DNA of 64,000 nt, taken from positions 3,008,001-3,072,000 of the forward strand of contig CBDEFM010000002.1 in the NCBI GenBank assembly GCA_965237415.1, written 5' to 3'. Under the pieces are notes generated by a model. It did not search any database. It was not told the origin of the DNA and saw only the letters and a program-made list of their open reading frames with translations. Positions 49,723-60,217 of the stretch are shown here, one piece after another; positions within the stretch are counted from its first letter, which is position 1, and every line of letters begins with the position of its first letter. Both the position numbers and the translations under genes were made by a program. The DNA is from Alphaproteobacteria bacterium. Its GTDB lineage: Bacteria > Pseudomonadota > Alphaproteobacteria > UBA828.

Positions 49723-50865
49723 CTAGTCTGCCGCCCGCCGGGCGCCGAGGGTCGGCTGAACAGGCGCGCGGCCGCGGTAGGGAATGAGGCCGATGATCAT
49801 CTCAAACAGGCCGGCCAGCCCCTTCGGCAGGAAGCGGACCACGACGATGAAGATCGTGCCCAGGATCACGAACCAGGCGGCCTGGAACTCGTCGCCCACA
49901 TAGCTCTGGATCGCGTTGATGAAGATGGCGCCGAAAATCGCGCCGAAGAGCGAGAGCCTGCCGCCGACGGCGGCCCAGATCACCATCGTGATGCTGAAGA
50001 AGATCTCGAGCGAGGTCGGCGAGACGTACTGGACGATCATCACCCAGACGATGCCGGCGAGCGCCGCGATGACGCCTGAGATCGTGAACACGGTCACCTG
50101 ATAGGCGGCGACGTTGTAGCCGAGGAATCGCGCGCGCTCAGGATCGTCCCGGATGGCCTGGATGATGGTGCCGAACTTGCTCGCCAGCAGCGCCTTAGTG
50201 CCCAAGGTCAGGGCGGCGAGAGCCCCCAGCGCCACCCAGTAGATCATGCTGCTGTAGGGGTCGACATCGACGCCGAAGGCCTGGAACGCGCTGGGCGGCG
50301 AGATGCCGTTGAAGCCGGCGGTGAACGGCTGCATGTCGTAGGCCATGTTGTACCAGGCGCCGAGCATGGCCAGCGTCATGATGGCGACAAAGGCGCCGGC
50401 AAGGCGCGCCTGGAACATCAGGAAGCCGAAAATGATGAAGAAGATCGTCGGGATGCCGATCGCCAGGATCAGCCCGACCTCGGTATGCCAGAACGGCTCC
50501 CACACCGTCGGCAGCGCCTCGAGCTCGTTGGTCAGCATGAAGCTCGGGATCGGGTCGTACTCCGGATCCTGGTACTGCATCTGCATGGTCGCGCCCATGC
50601 CATAGGCCGCCATGCCGAAGGCGATCCCCTGGCCGAGGCTCAGGATGCCGCCGAAACCCCACACCAGGCTCACCGACAGCGCCAGCATGCCGAAGACGCC
50701 GTAGCGTGCGAACTGGTTGAGCGCGAAGGGGTCGTCGCCCAAGAACAGCGGGATGGTGGCGAGCCCGCCGAAGGCGACGACGTAGGCCAGCCACTGCGCG
50801 CGCTTGTCGTGATAGAGGTTCTGCCGGTGCCCGGTCTGTTCCAATCTCCACAGCATGACGCTCAC
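49723..50865 (-). CDS. urtC: Urea/amide ABC transporter permease (UrtC-like)
   Basis: LVWGFGGILSLGQG, AIRDDPERARFLGY and VIWAAVGGR motifs. Confidence 0.85.
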   Translation of the reverse strand: MSVMLWRLEQTGHRQNLYHDKRAQWLAYVVAFGGLATIPLFLGDDPFALNQFARYGVFGMLALSVSLVWGFGGILSLGQGIAFGMAAYGMGATMQMQYQDPEYDPIPSFMLTNELEALPTVWEPFWHTEVGLILAIGIPTIFFIIFGFLMFQARLAGAFVAIMTLAMLGAWYNMAYDMQPFTAGFNGISPPSAFQAFGVDVDPYSSMIYWVALGALAALTLGTKALLASKFGTIIQAIRDDPERARFLGYNVAAYQVTVFTISGVIAALAGIVWVMIVQYVSPTSLEIFFSITMVIWAAVGGRLSLFGAIFGAIFINAIQSYVGDEFQAAWFVILGTIFIVVVRFLPKGLAGLFEMIIGLIPYRGRAPVQPTLGARRAAD

Positions 50866-50872
50866 GCCGCCC

Positions 50873-51775
50873 CTAGCGCCGCGCCATGCTCGGCGCGAAG
50901 ATTCCCTGCGGCCGGAACCGGAGGAAGATCACGATCAGGATGAACAGCACGAAGCGGGCGAATGTGTCGTTGGTGAAGTACGAGAAGATCGAGAACATCT
51001 CACCCATGATGCCGGCGGTCGCCAGGCTCCCGAACAGCTCGCCGCCGCCCGTCACCACCACCAGGAACGCCTCGACCACGTAGCCGAGCCCCATGTCCGG
51101 GAAGATCGTCTTCAGGCCCGCAAACATGGAACCGGAAATACCCGCGAGGCCCGCACCATAGGCGAAGGTAAGGCCGTAGACGCGACTCGAATTGATGCCG
51201 AAGGATGCCGCCATCTGCGGGTTCTGCATGACCGCGCGAACCTGGATGCCGATATTGGTCTTGAACAAAATCGCCCAGGTCATGGCGACCAGCGCCAGCG
51301 ACGCGAAGAAGATGAAGATCCTGATCCACGGCACGTTCACGAAGTCGATGGTCATCACGCTGGTCAGCCAATCGGGCACGGCGACGTACTGCGGCTCGCC
51401 GCCGAAGATCAGTCGGATGCTCTGAACGAAGACTAACGATACGCCCCAGGTCGCGAGGAGCGTGTCCAATGGTCGGTCGTACAAATGTTGTATGAGGCCG
51501 CGTTCGACCAGCCAACCGATGACGCCGACGAGCACAAAGGAGATCGGCAGACACACGAGCCACGGGACCCCGCCCAAATACTGCAGCATCCAGGTGAAGT
51601 AGGCGCCGAGCATGATGAACTCGCCATGGGCCATGTTGATGACGCCCATGGTGCCGTAAATGATGGTCAGGCCGAGCGCCGCAACCAGCCAAATGCTGGC
51701 GAGGCTGAGCCCGATAATCAGCGCATTGATAAACGGTTCAGCGGCGAAGGGTGTCCAAAAATCATGGACGCTCAT
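50873..51775 (-). CDS. urtB: Urea/amide ABC transporter permease (UrtB-like)
   Basis: ALGLTIIYGTMGVINMAHGEFIMLGAY and LYDRPLDTLLATWGVSL motifs. Confidence 0.88.
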   Translation of the reverse strand: MSVHDFWTPFAAEPFINALIIGLSLASIWLVAALGLTIIYGTMGVINMAHGEFIMLGAYFTWMLQYLGGVPWLVCLPISFVLVGVIGWLVERGLIQHLYDRPLDTLLATWGVSLVFVQSIRLIFGGEPQYVAVPDWLTSVMTIDFVNVPWIRIFIFFASLALVAMTWAILFKTNIGIQVRAVMQNPQMAASFGINSSRVYGLTFAYGAGLAGISGSMFAGLKTIFPDMGLGYVVEAFLVVVTGGGELFGSLATAGIMGEMFSIFSYFTNDTFARFVLFILIVIFLRFRPQGIFAPSMARR

Positions 51776-51929
51776 GAATGAGTCCCGCTTCTCTCCCTGA
51801 TGCGGCTCGTCCGGCTCTGCACCACGGGTGCTTGCCCGAGAGGCCGGTCGTCTGCCGCGCCCCGCTGGGGAAGGGTGGGGCGGAAGACGTAACCCTCCGC
51901 CCCCGACCCTAGCAGATCGTACAGGTCTC

Positions 51930-53273
51930 TTACAGAACGTCCTTCTGGACCGAGCCGTCCGGCCGGTGCAGGCCGTCGGCCTTGCAGACGCCGCGCTCGG
52001 GGTAGATCGCGTACGGATCCGGCCCGACATGCTCGTCGGCCTGGCGCACGATGGAGAACTGCCCGTCCGCACCGCACTGGCCGATCTTGGGCTTGAGCCA
52101 GATGTTGAAGTTTTCCGGGTCGATCCAGACCTTGCCCTCCGGGCTCTCCTCGTCGGTCAGCCCCACCGGGCCCTGATCGCGCCAGTTGCCGCTCACGTCG
52201 CGGATCATGCGTGGCGTGATCGCCTCCCAGTCGCCGCCGGTCTCCTCGAGCGCGCGCTCGACGCCCTTGGCCCAGATGAGGATGCCGAGATAGGTCTCCT
52301 CCATGTTGTAGTGGGTGACCCCGCCGCCGCCGTACTGGCTGGAGAGGTAGTTCTCCACGAAGGTCTGGTTGGTCGGGTTCTGGAGGGTCTGGAAATAGGG
52401 CGCGGACAGGAAGTGCCCGGCGCCGGCCTCGTTGCCCATCGCCCGGGTCTCGATCTCGCCGGTGGTGAGCGAGGCGATCGGCGTCTTGTCGGACTTGAAG
52501 CCTTCCTGCAGGAACTGCCGGTGCAGGGCGATGTCGGAATCGCCCACCACGGTCGACATGATCCAGTCAGGCTGCTGCTGGCGGATCTTGTTGAAGACCG
52601 GCGCGAACTCGGAGCCGCCGAGCGGGATGTAATCCTCGCCCGACACCTCGCCGCCGACCCGCTCGAGCCAGACCTTGACGTTCTTGTTGGACTCCTTCGG
52701 CCAGATGTAGTTGGAGCCCACGAGATAGGTCTTGGGGCCGAAATTCTCCACCATGAACGGCACCAGGTCGTAGGAGTGCTGGTTGGCGAGCGGCCCGGTG
52801 TTGATGATGTTCTGCATGCACTCCCGGCCTTCGTAGCAGGTCGGGTAGTAGTAGAGGTGGTCCCACTTCATGACGACCGGCATGACCGCGCGCCGGCTCG
52901 CCGAGGTGTAGCTGCCGTGCACCGACACCACGCGGTCCCTGAGGATGAGCTGCGTGATCTTCTCGGAATAGACCTTGATGTCGGACTTGGCGTCGACCAC
53001 CACGGGCTCGATCTGCTTGCCGGCGATGCCGCCTTCGGCATTGAGCTTGTCGATCGCGAACAGTGAGACCTGAGTTGAATCGTTCTCGACCACCGAGAGC
53101 ATGCCGGTCTGCGACCACAGCAGGCCGACCTTGATCGGCTCGTCGCTGTAGATCCAGGGCTTCGCACCCCAGGCCTGCCCGAAGTCCTTGACGTAGATAT
53201 GGGGGAAGGTGGCCGCGATGCCAGCCGTCCCCGCCAATGCTCCCTTGAGGATGGTACGCCGATTGACACGCAT
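51930..53273 (-). CDS. urtA: Urea/amide ABC substrate-binding protein (UrtA/AmiC-like), Tat signal
   Basis: NRRTILKG Tat motif; IKVGLLWSQTG, YTSASRRAV.P, YYPTCYEG.E and VGSNYIWP motifs. Confidence 0.85.
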   Translation of the reverse strand: MRVNRRTILKGALAGTAGIAATFPHIYVKDFGQAWGAKPWIYSDEPIKVGLLWSQTGMLSVVENDSTQVSLFAIDKLNAEGGIAGKQIEPVVVDAKSDIKVYSEKITQLILRDRVVSVHGSYTSASRRAVMPVVMKWDHLYYYPTCYEGRECMQNIINTGPLANQHSYDLVPFMVENFGPKTYLVGSNYIWPKESNKNVKVWLERVGGEVSGEDYIPLGGSEFAPVFNKIRQQQPDWIMSTVVGDSDIALHRQFLQEGFKSDKTPIASLTTGEIETRAMGNEAGAGHFLSAPYFQTLQNPTNQTFVENYLSSQYGGGGVTHYNMEETYLGILIWAKGVERALEETGGDWEAITPRMIRDVSGNWRDQGPVGLTDEESPEGKVWIDPENFNIWLKPKIGQCGADGQFSIVRQADEHVGPDPYAIYPERGVCKADGLHRPDGSVQKDVL

Positions 53274-53550
53274 ATCAGAGACCTCCCTTGGTTTCTCCCG
53301 ATGCTCGCATCCCCGAGGGGATGCGTACCGCCCGCCGTCGCGGCGATGGCCGGATGTATCCGTGCAGCGGAGCCGGGCGGTAGTTTCCCCCGATCAATAG
53401 CAATGTCAACATACGGCCTGCCTGATTTTGCATGGGTTGGCATCGGGAGCGGCGGTTGCGTTCTCATGGCGTGCTTGGAATGATGGCCCTGGCGGGCGCC
53501 GGCCGACGGCGACGACGACTGTAGAATCGGCGGCAAGGAGGGCTGCGGAC

Positions 53551-53682
53551 ATGCATCCGAAGACCAAGCGCGTCCTTCAGCTCTGCGCCGACAACGTGTT
53601 CTGGGTGTTCCTGGCCCTGATGATCATTCTCGGCACTGCCCTGGAAACGCCGCTGATCAACGTCGGACTGACGGCCCGCTGA
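53551..53682 (+). CDS. Small single-TM protein (43 aa)
   Basis: AAGGAGG RBS, then MHPKTKRVLQLCADNVFWVFLALMIILGTALETPLINVGLTAR. Confidence 0.55.
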   Translation: MHPKTKRVLQLCADNVFWVFLALMIILGTALETPLINVGLTAR

Positions 53683-53770
53683 GCGCGGCACGCGACAGCA
53701 GGGGCAAGAGCCGGCGCACCGCCACGCGGACCGAGAGGCGCCCTATCGCCCGCATCCGACGAGGGGCAGG

Positions 53771-55057
53771 ATGAACCGGCGAGCGAGACGACGGCAGTCG
53801 GCTGCAAGTGCCGGTGATGCCCGCACGAACAATCCGGGCACGGCCCACGCGGACGTCCTGGCCCGCGCGGCGCGCCACATGAAGGAGGGTCGCCCTCAGA
53901 GGGCGGACCAGCTCCTCTTCAGGCTGTTGGCGGGGGACGGGGCGGCTGATCCGAGCGTCCTGCATTATGCCGGCGTCGCTCGCTACCGGTGCAGTCGCTT
54001 CGACGAGGCGGCTGTGCTGCTGCGCAAGGCGACCGAGGCGGCGCCGACCTACGCCGAGGCGCACAACAGTCTCGGCATCCTCCTCCTCGAGACCGGACGG
54101 ACAGCCGAGGCCCGCGCCGCGCTGGAGCGTGCCGTCGCCCTCCGCCCCGACTACGCCAACGCCCACACCAATCTCGGCAACGCGCTCAGCGCGGCCGGCG
54201 CGGGGGAAGAAGCGGCAGCGGCCTACCGCAAGGCCATCGCTCTCGACCCCTACGATCTGCAGGCGCATCACCGGCTGGCGCGGACTCATCTCACCCTCGG
54301 CGCGGTGGACCGTGCCCTCGACGCGTGCGCCGCTGCGCTTGCCATCGCTCCCTTCTGCCAGAACGCGCTGGCGACCCGCGCTCTGGCCGAACAGATCGGA
54401 GGCAATCGCGACGCCGGATGCCGGCTCTACGACTTCGACCGCTTCGTCACCCGGGTCTCCCTCGCCCCGCCGCCCGGCAGTGGCGACATCGAGGCCTTCA
54501 ACGCGGCGCTGGCGACGGCCGTGCGCGAGGCGCCCTCTCTCGTCTGGGAACCGCCCAACCGCGTAACCCGCAACGGCGCCGTGACCCAGGATTTGCTGGC
54601 CGCACCGAGCCCGCCCATCCGCAACCTGGAGCGCGCGCTGCGTGCCGCGATCGACCGCTATCGGGAGACGCTGATGCCCGAAGAGGCGAGCCCCTTCCTC
54701 TCCCGCATTCCGCGCCGCTACCGGCTCACGCTCATCGCCTCGATCCTGAAGGCGGGCGGGCGGCATCCGCCGCACGTCCACGAGGGCGCGTGGCTGAGCG
54801 GTGTCTACTACGTCGCGGTACCGGACCATATCGGCGCGGGCGGCGGGGACAACACCGGTGGGGGCCGGGGCGGCTGGCTCGAGTTCGGCCGGCCCGACCA
54901 CGACCTGCCCGAGGGAAGCGCCTTCCGCTGCATCAGCCACCCGCCGCGCACCGGCACGGCGCTGCTCTTCCCGTCCTACGTCTTCCACGGGACGATCCCC
55001 TTCGAGGGACCGGGCGAGCGTATCGGTATCGCCTTCGACGCCTATCCCGAGCCGTGA
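53771..55057 (+). CDS. TPR-repeat protein with C-terminal 2OG-Fe(II) oxygenase domain
   Basis: TPRs (YAEAHNSLG...YANAHTNLG); H.PHVH..AWLSGVYY...LFPSY.FHGT.PF...RI.IAFD. Confidence 0.88.
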   Translation: MNRRARRRQSAASAGDARTNNPGTAHADVLARAARHMKEGRPQRADQLLFRLLAGDGAADPSVLHYAGVARYRCSRFDEAAVLLRKATEAAPTYAEAHNSLGILLLETGRTAEARAALERAVALRPDYANAHTNLGNALSAAGAGEEAAAAYRKAIALDPYDLQAHHRLARTHLTLGAVDRALDACAAALAIAPFCQNALATRALAEQIGGNRDAGCRLYDFDRFVTRVSLAPPPGSGDIEAFNAALATAVREAPSLVWEPPNRVTRNGAVTQDLLAAPSPPIRNLERALRAAIDRYRETLMPEEASPFLSRIPRRYRLTLIASILKAGGRHPPHVHEGAWLSGVYYVAVPDHIGAGGGDNTGGGRGGWLEFGRPDHDLPEGSAFRCISHPPRTGTALLFPSYVFHGTIPFEGPGERIGIAFDAYPEP

Positions 55058-55157
55058 GGTTGAAGACAATGAACAGAGCGCATCCCACTTAATCCACGAG
55101 ATGGAGTGGGTCCACGGGGTCAGGCGAGGGACGAGCCTGTTAGGAAGCCCGGCGTCG

Positions 55158-55445
55158 TCAGGAGCGGCTCTGCTTGAGCCGATAGAATTTGCCCACCACC
55201 ACCTTGATATGGACGTGGTGGGCGATGCGGTCGGGAATTACACCAATGGGGCGCTCGCTGGATGAGATCAAGGTCCATTCTTGGCTCGGCAGATTAGAGG
55301 TGACCTTGGTTGCGCCGCGCTCGTAGCACTGGATAAGGATTTCGAATAGACACTCGCTTCCGATCTGCGATAGCGGGAAATAGTCATGTTCGTCGATGAT
55401 GAGAAGTCTGGCGTTGGCGAGGTCGGCTTGGAGGAGAAACAGTTT
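55158..55445 (-). pseudogene. IS21 IstB ATPase C-terminal remnant
   Basis: LLIIDE...LFE...YERGAT.VTSNLP..EW...DR..HHVHI....G..YRL, degenerate. Confidence 0.75.
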
Positions 55446-55475
55446 TCTGTCTTCCCGTGTACGCCGTATCGGAGT

Positions 55476-56188
55476 ACGCCTCCGGTGAAGACCGCACCTC
55501 CCGTGGGTTGCATTCGCCATGATTTTGGTGATCGGCGGCTGGCCGGCGGGGTGGTTGTCGGGAGTTGGCGGGCCGCCAGAGATTGAAGGTTATGCGGCCA
55601 AGGCCTGTTGCCGGTCGGCCTTCCAGGACCAGGGCAGGAGTTCTTGCAGACGGGTCTGCGGCAGGTCGGCGATACGGTCGAGGACATCGGCGAGCCAGGC
55701 CTGCGGATCGACGTCGTTGAGCTTCGCGGTGCCGATGAGCGTGTACATGACAGCGGCCCGCACGCCCCCGCGGTCGGAGCCGGCGAACAGCCACGATTTG
55801 CGTCCGAGACAGATGCCGCGCAGCGCCCGCTCGGCAGCGTTGTTCTTAAGGCAGATGCGGCCGTCGTCGAGGAAGCGCGCGAAGCTGCCCCAGCGCTTCA
55901 GCATATAATCCATGGCCTTGGCCGCCGAGGCGTGACGCGAGAGCCCGGCGCGCTCCATGCGCATCCAGTCCTCAAGTTCCGCGACCAGCGGCACGCTCCG
56001 CTCGCGGCGCACCGCATGCCGATGCCTGGCGGGCTTGCCGTTGATCTCGCGCTCGATGTCGAACAGCGCGTCGATCCGCTTCACGGCCTCCAGCGCCAGC
56101 GGCGAGATCGGCGGCGCGCGCTTGCCGCGCCTCTTGCCCGCCGCGATGTCGGCAAGCTCGTAGAACTTGCGCCGGCCGTGGGCCCAGC
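55476..56188 (-). mobile_element. IS66 right end with TnpC C-terminal part (55590-56188)
   Basis: WAHGRRKF...NNAAERALR...GRKSWLFAGS...TAKLNDVDPQAWL...ELLPW; end sequence GTCTTCACCGGAGGCGTAC. Confidence 0.85.
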
Positions 56189-58180
56189 TAGCGACAGGGT
56201 AAGCCCTGGAAAGGGGGATGACATGAACTGAAACCTTTCGTTGCGACCCAGCGGGTTCGACTCCCGCCCGGCAAAGGCGCAGCCCGCCAGCCGGAAGCGA
56301 GTCTTGCATGGCGTGCGGCAACGCCCGTCGTGAAGCGTAGACAGCGTGTGGTGAAGCGGCTCGGTAAGCCTCGAAATCATGGAGACCGACGACGCCCTTG
56401 GTGTGTTGGGCCTGGGGGCAGCACCGGAAGCACCGCGACAGGCGAGGTGCAACGGGTCGTCCGGGGTCTTGGAAAGACGCAGAGCCACGGGAAGGGTCGC
56501 CAGGGAACCTGTGAGGTCCTGTTCTTGCTCATGAGGGAAACCGCTGGAAGGGGACGGCCAGCGTGACCAACAAAGACCCCGGCCCGGTGATCGGCCTGCA
56601 AGTCGCCGGGAGCGCGCGAGCGGACACAAAGAAGCAGGAACCCATGGACCCGGCTGGCGAAACCATAAGCCGAAGGGCATGCGGAGCAGGAAGTCGTAGC
56701 GCCTTCATAGTACCGCTGACGGCGGGGAACCGTGGCCATCGGGACCCGTCCGAGGAAAGGGAGGCGTCACATGTCCAGACCCACTGATGGGAAACGATGG
56801 AGGAGACACTGAGCTCCACGACCACGTCAACGAAACAGCAGTGGATAGCCGAACAGGCGAGGGAGCACCCGGAACGGGTGTTCACGTCCCTGCACCACCT
56901 GATCGACGGCGAATGGATGCGTGAAGCGTATCGCCGGACGCGCAAGGATGGGGCGACAGGCATCGACGGCGTGACCGCTGCCGACTACGAAAAGGATCTG
57001 GAGGCCAACCTCGAAAGCCTGCTGAACCGGATCAAGTCGGGCAGCTACCGCGCGCCGCCGGTGCGCCGCCACTACATCCCGAAGGCGGATGGAACGAGAC
57101 GCCCTCTCGGCATCCCGACGTTCGAAGACAAGGTGGCGCAGCGGGCGATCCTGATGATGCTGGAGCCGATCTACGAGGCGGGCTTTCTGCCCTGCTCGTA
57201 CGGCTTTCGGCCCGGACGCTCGGCCCATGACGCCCTGAAAGCGCTGCGGACAGGCTTCATGGAGCAGGGCTGCCGCTGGGTGATCGATGCCGATATCGCG
57301 AAGTACTTCGACAGCATCGACCACGGACACCTCCGGTCATTCCTCGACCTGCGGATCAAGGATGGCGTCGTGCGACGCATGATCGACAAGTGGCTGAAGG
57401 CTGGGGTGCTCGAAGGGGAGAGCCTCCGCCGGACGGAAACGGGCACTCCTCAGGGCGGGGTGATCTCGCCGCTGCTCTCGAACGTTTTCCTGCACCATGT
57501 GCTGGATGTCTGGTTCGAGCGCGTGGCGAAACCGCGCCTCAAGGGCCGCTGCCTGCTCGTCCGGTACGCCGACGATGCAGTGTTGACCTTTGAAGACCAT
57601 CTCAGCGGCAGGCGCATGCTTGCCGCGCTGGCGAAGCGTCTCGGTCGCTACGGGCTCACGCTCCACAAGACCAAGACGCGCTTTGTCGACTTCCGGTTCA
57701 AGCGTCCGCGCGGGCGGCACCCGACAACCGTGGGCACGACGTTCGACTTCCTCGGCTTCACCCATGTCTGGGGCAAGTCGAGACGAGGTAAGGACGTCGT
57801 TCGCCAGATCACGGCCAAGGGCCGCTATGCCCGTGCGCTGCGAGCGGTCTGGGAGTGGTGCAAGCGACACCGGCACTGGCGGCTCGCGGACCAGCACGCG
57901 CATCTCTCTCGCGTGCTCCGTGGGCACTACGCCTATTACGGTCTGACGGGCAACAACAAACGCATCCGGTGGTTCCTGAAACGGGTCATCTTGACCTGGA
58001 AGCGGTGGCTCGCCCGCCGCGGCCAGAAAGGATGGTTCACTTGGGAACAGATGGAGGCGATCCTCGCTCGGTATCCGCTGCCGCCGGCCCGGATCGTTCA
58101 TAAATTGCCAGCCCCGTGAGCGAAACTGGCATGTGAGGAACCGCATGCGGGAAATCTGCTCGTCCGGGTCTGCGAGGGGA
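56189..58180 (+). mobile_element. Group II intron inserted antisense in IS66 tnpC; domain VI missing
   Basis: Starts TAGCGACAGG exactly where the tnpC CWAH codons break; domain V GAACCGCATGCGGGAAATCTGCTCGTCCGGGTC at ~58138-58170. Confidence 0.85.
56797..58119 (+). CDS. ltrA: Group II intron reverse transcriptase/maturase (no HNH domain)
   Basis: IPKADG..RPLGIP, SYGFRPGRS, GTPQGGVISPLLSN, RYADD and FDFLGF motifs; maturase X domain. Confidence 0.95.
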   Translation: MEETLSSTTTSTKQQWIAEQAREHPERVFTSLHHLIDGEWMREAYRRTRKDGATGIDGVTAADYEKDLEANLESLLNRIKSGSYRAPPVRRHYIPKADGTRRPLGIPTFEDKVAQRAILMMLEPIYEAGFLPCSYGFRPGRSAHDALKALRTGFMEQGCRWVIDADIAKYFDSIDHGHLRSFLDLRIKDGVVRRMIDKWLKAGVLEGESLRRTETGTPQGGVISPLLSNVFLHHVLDVWFERVAKPRLKGRCLLVRYADDAVLTFEDHLSGRRMLAALAKRLGRYGLTLHKTKTRFVDFRFKRPRGRHPTTVGTTFDFLGFTHVWGKSRRGKDVVRQITAKGRYARALRAVWEWCKRHRHWRLADQHAHLSRVLRGHYAYYGLTGNNKRIRWFLKRVILTWKRWLARRGQKGWFTWEQMEAILARYPLPPARIVHKLPAP

Positions 58181-58274
58181 GGGGCTCGGCAAATATGCCG
58201 ACATTCAGAATATGCCACGTTGACAGCTCAAGCCGTTGATTCGTCTGGCTGCCACGCGGGCGATGTCGGCATAT

Positions 58275-59270
58275 TCACAGCCCTTTCAGGAACCCGAGCA
58301 AGGCGTCGGACGGACGGTACCGACCAGACGGCGTGTCGACTGGCCTCGTCCTTGCCATTGCCTTTTCCTTGATTCTCAGATCGGCGTGGAGATAGATCCG
58401 CGTCGTCTCGACGGATTCATGGCCAAGCCACAATGCGATGACGGCGCTGCCAACGCCCCGCTGAAGAAGCTCCATTGCCGCGGAGTGTCGCAAGCAGTGC
58501 GGGCTCAGCCGCTTGCGCTTCAGCGTCTGGCAGCGGTCGGATGCGAGTGCCACGTACTTGCGGACAATCCGCTCGACCGCGTCGCGGCTGAGGCGTGTGC
58601 TCCGGTTGCTCTCGAACAGCGGCTGGTCCCCCGCCGCCGAACGCTCATCGAGCCAGTCCCGGAGCACCTTCACCGTATCCGCCCTGAGCGGGGTCGTGCG
58701 CGCCTTGCGCCCCTTACCCCGGCACGCGACATGGGCGCCTTGCCCGAGGTCCACATCACCGCAGTCGAGACCGATCAGCTCCGATACCCTGAGGCCGGTC
58801 TGAACGCAGAGAAGTAGCAGGGCACGGTCGCGTCGGCCGTACCAGGTCGCGAGGTCCGGGGCGGCGAGGAGCGCCTCGATCTCATCCCGGTCGAGATATT
58901 CAACCGTGCGCTTCTCGCAGCGCTTTGCGGGCATTGCGAGTACCTCTTGGCAGTGGTGCAGGAGCCGTGGTTCGGTCAGGGAGACGAACTTGAAGAACGA
59001 GCGGATCGCCGTCAGCCGGGTGTTGCGGCTGCGGGCACTGTTGCCGCGCCCGCTCTCGAGGGAACCCAGGAACCGCCCGATAAGCTCGGCATCGATGTCG
59101 GTGAGCAGAAGATCGGTTGGCTGCCGGTCGAGACCACTGCAAGCGAACAGCAAGAGCAGCATGAAGGTGTCGCGATAACTTGCCACCGTGTTGGGGCTGG
59201 CGCCGAGTTGACTCTCGAGGCGCTCAGTGAAGAAGCGCTGGACGAACAGGGGAAGTGGGTGCGCCGTCAT
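58275..59270 (-). CDS. RIT tyrosine recombinase C
   Basis: SPNTVASYRD, TGLRVSEL, GKGRK, PHCLRHS, LWLGHES and IYLHAD motifs. Confidence 0.92.
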   Translation of the reverse strand: MTAHPLPLFVQRFFTERLESQLGASPNTVASYRDTFMLLLLFACSGLDRQPTDLLLTDIDAELIGRFLGSLESGRGNSARSRNTRLTAIRSFFKFVSLTEPRLLHHCQEVLAMPAKRCEKRTVEYLDRDEIEALLAAPDLATWYGRRDRALLLLCVQTGLRVSELIGLDCGDVDLGQGAHVACRGKGRKARTTPLRADTVKVLRDWLDERSAAGDQPLFESNRSTRLSRDAVERIVRKYVALASDRCQTLKRKRLSPHCLRHSAAMELLQRGVGSAVIALWLGHESVETTRIYLHADLRIKEKAMARTRPVDTPSGRYRPSDALLGFLKGL

Positions 59271-60217
59271 GATCCCTCTCCCTCCCTGAAGGCGTGTTCC
59301 GCGCGTTCACTGGCCAGCTTCAGGAGTTCCGGCACGGCCTCGATGTACCACCAGGTCCCGGCAGGGTTGGCGTGGCCCAGATAGGTGCTGAGCTTGTACA
59401 TCTCGCGGTCGGGATCGCGTCCCTGCCGGAACCAGTCGAGAATGGTCTTTGAGGCAAAGCTGTGTCGCAGGTCATGCAACCGGGGACCGAGGCCGTGATA
59501 GTTCTCGATCTGCTTTTGCCGGAGACCGATCTTCTGGCCGACCCGGGCGAAGTTGCGCTGTGCTGCAAGCAATCTCAACCGCCGTCCGTTCTCGCCGGCG
59601 AAGAACGCGGCGGTGGTGCTGGATTCGAGGATCCGGTCCCGGGCAGCGCGGTATTCGCCGAGATAGCGGTTGGTGCAATCCGTGACGGGAACGAAGCGGT
59701 CTTTGCCGTTCTTTCCGTGCCTGACGTGCAGGACGGCCGCGTCGACATCGACATCCCCGTCGTCAAGACCGATAGCTTCGCCGATCCGCATCCCGGTGAC
59801 CGCGAGCAGGCCGAAGAGCGTCGCGCAGGTCACGCTCCGAAGTCCCAGGCGCGAGGGCAGCGCTGCCGCTTCTGTCACGATCCGGACAATCTCGTCGTCG
59901 GAGTAGATATAGGGCCTAGGGCGCCGATAACGTTTCGGTACCAGCCCCTTGGGTGGGATTTCGGTGCGCGGGTCACTATTCGTGAGCCAAACCGCGAAGC
60001 CGCGCACTGCGGACAGCCGGTCGGCCCAGGTGGCCGTGCTCGCCGAACCGAACGCGTCCTTCCATCTCAGGAACAGATTGACGGTGATCCACTCCGCACC
60101 CTCGGCATCGGCGAAGGCGGCGAACGGGCGCACTCTTTTGGCGGCGGTACTCCAGTCGCCGCCGCAGCGGCGGCGAAAGGCGATGTATTCTTCGAGGCGG
60201 CCCGTGAACGAGGTCAT
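59267..60217 (-). CDS. RIT tyrosine recombinase B
   Basis: PYIYS, TGMRIGEA, PRLHDLRHSFA and LSTYLGH...TWWY motifs; 4-bp overlaps with neighbours. Confidence 0.92.
   Translation of the reverse strand: MTSFTGRLEEYIAFRRRCGGDWSTAAKRVRPFAAFADAEGAEWITVNLFLRWKDAFGSASTATWADRLSAVRGFAVWLTNSDPRTEIPPKGLVPKRYRRPRPYIYSDDEIVRIVTEAAALPSRLGLRSVTCATLFGLLAVTGMRIGEAIGLDDGDVDVDAAVLHVRHGKNGKDRFVPVTDCTNRYLGEYRAARDRILESSTTAAFFAGENGRRLRLLAAQRNFARVGQKIGLRQKQIENYHGLGPRLHDLRHSFASKTILDWFRQGRDPDREMYKLSTYLGHANPAGTWWYIEAVPELLKLASERAEHAFREGEGS

Noticed and set aside
56797-58119. RT as a retron, DGR or defence-associated RT
   Set aside because: It has group II intron RT/maturase motifs, a long structured 5' region and a downstream domain V; no TR/VR pair or msr-msd was seen.
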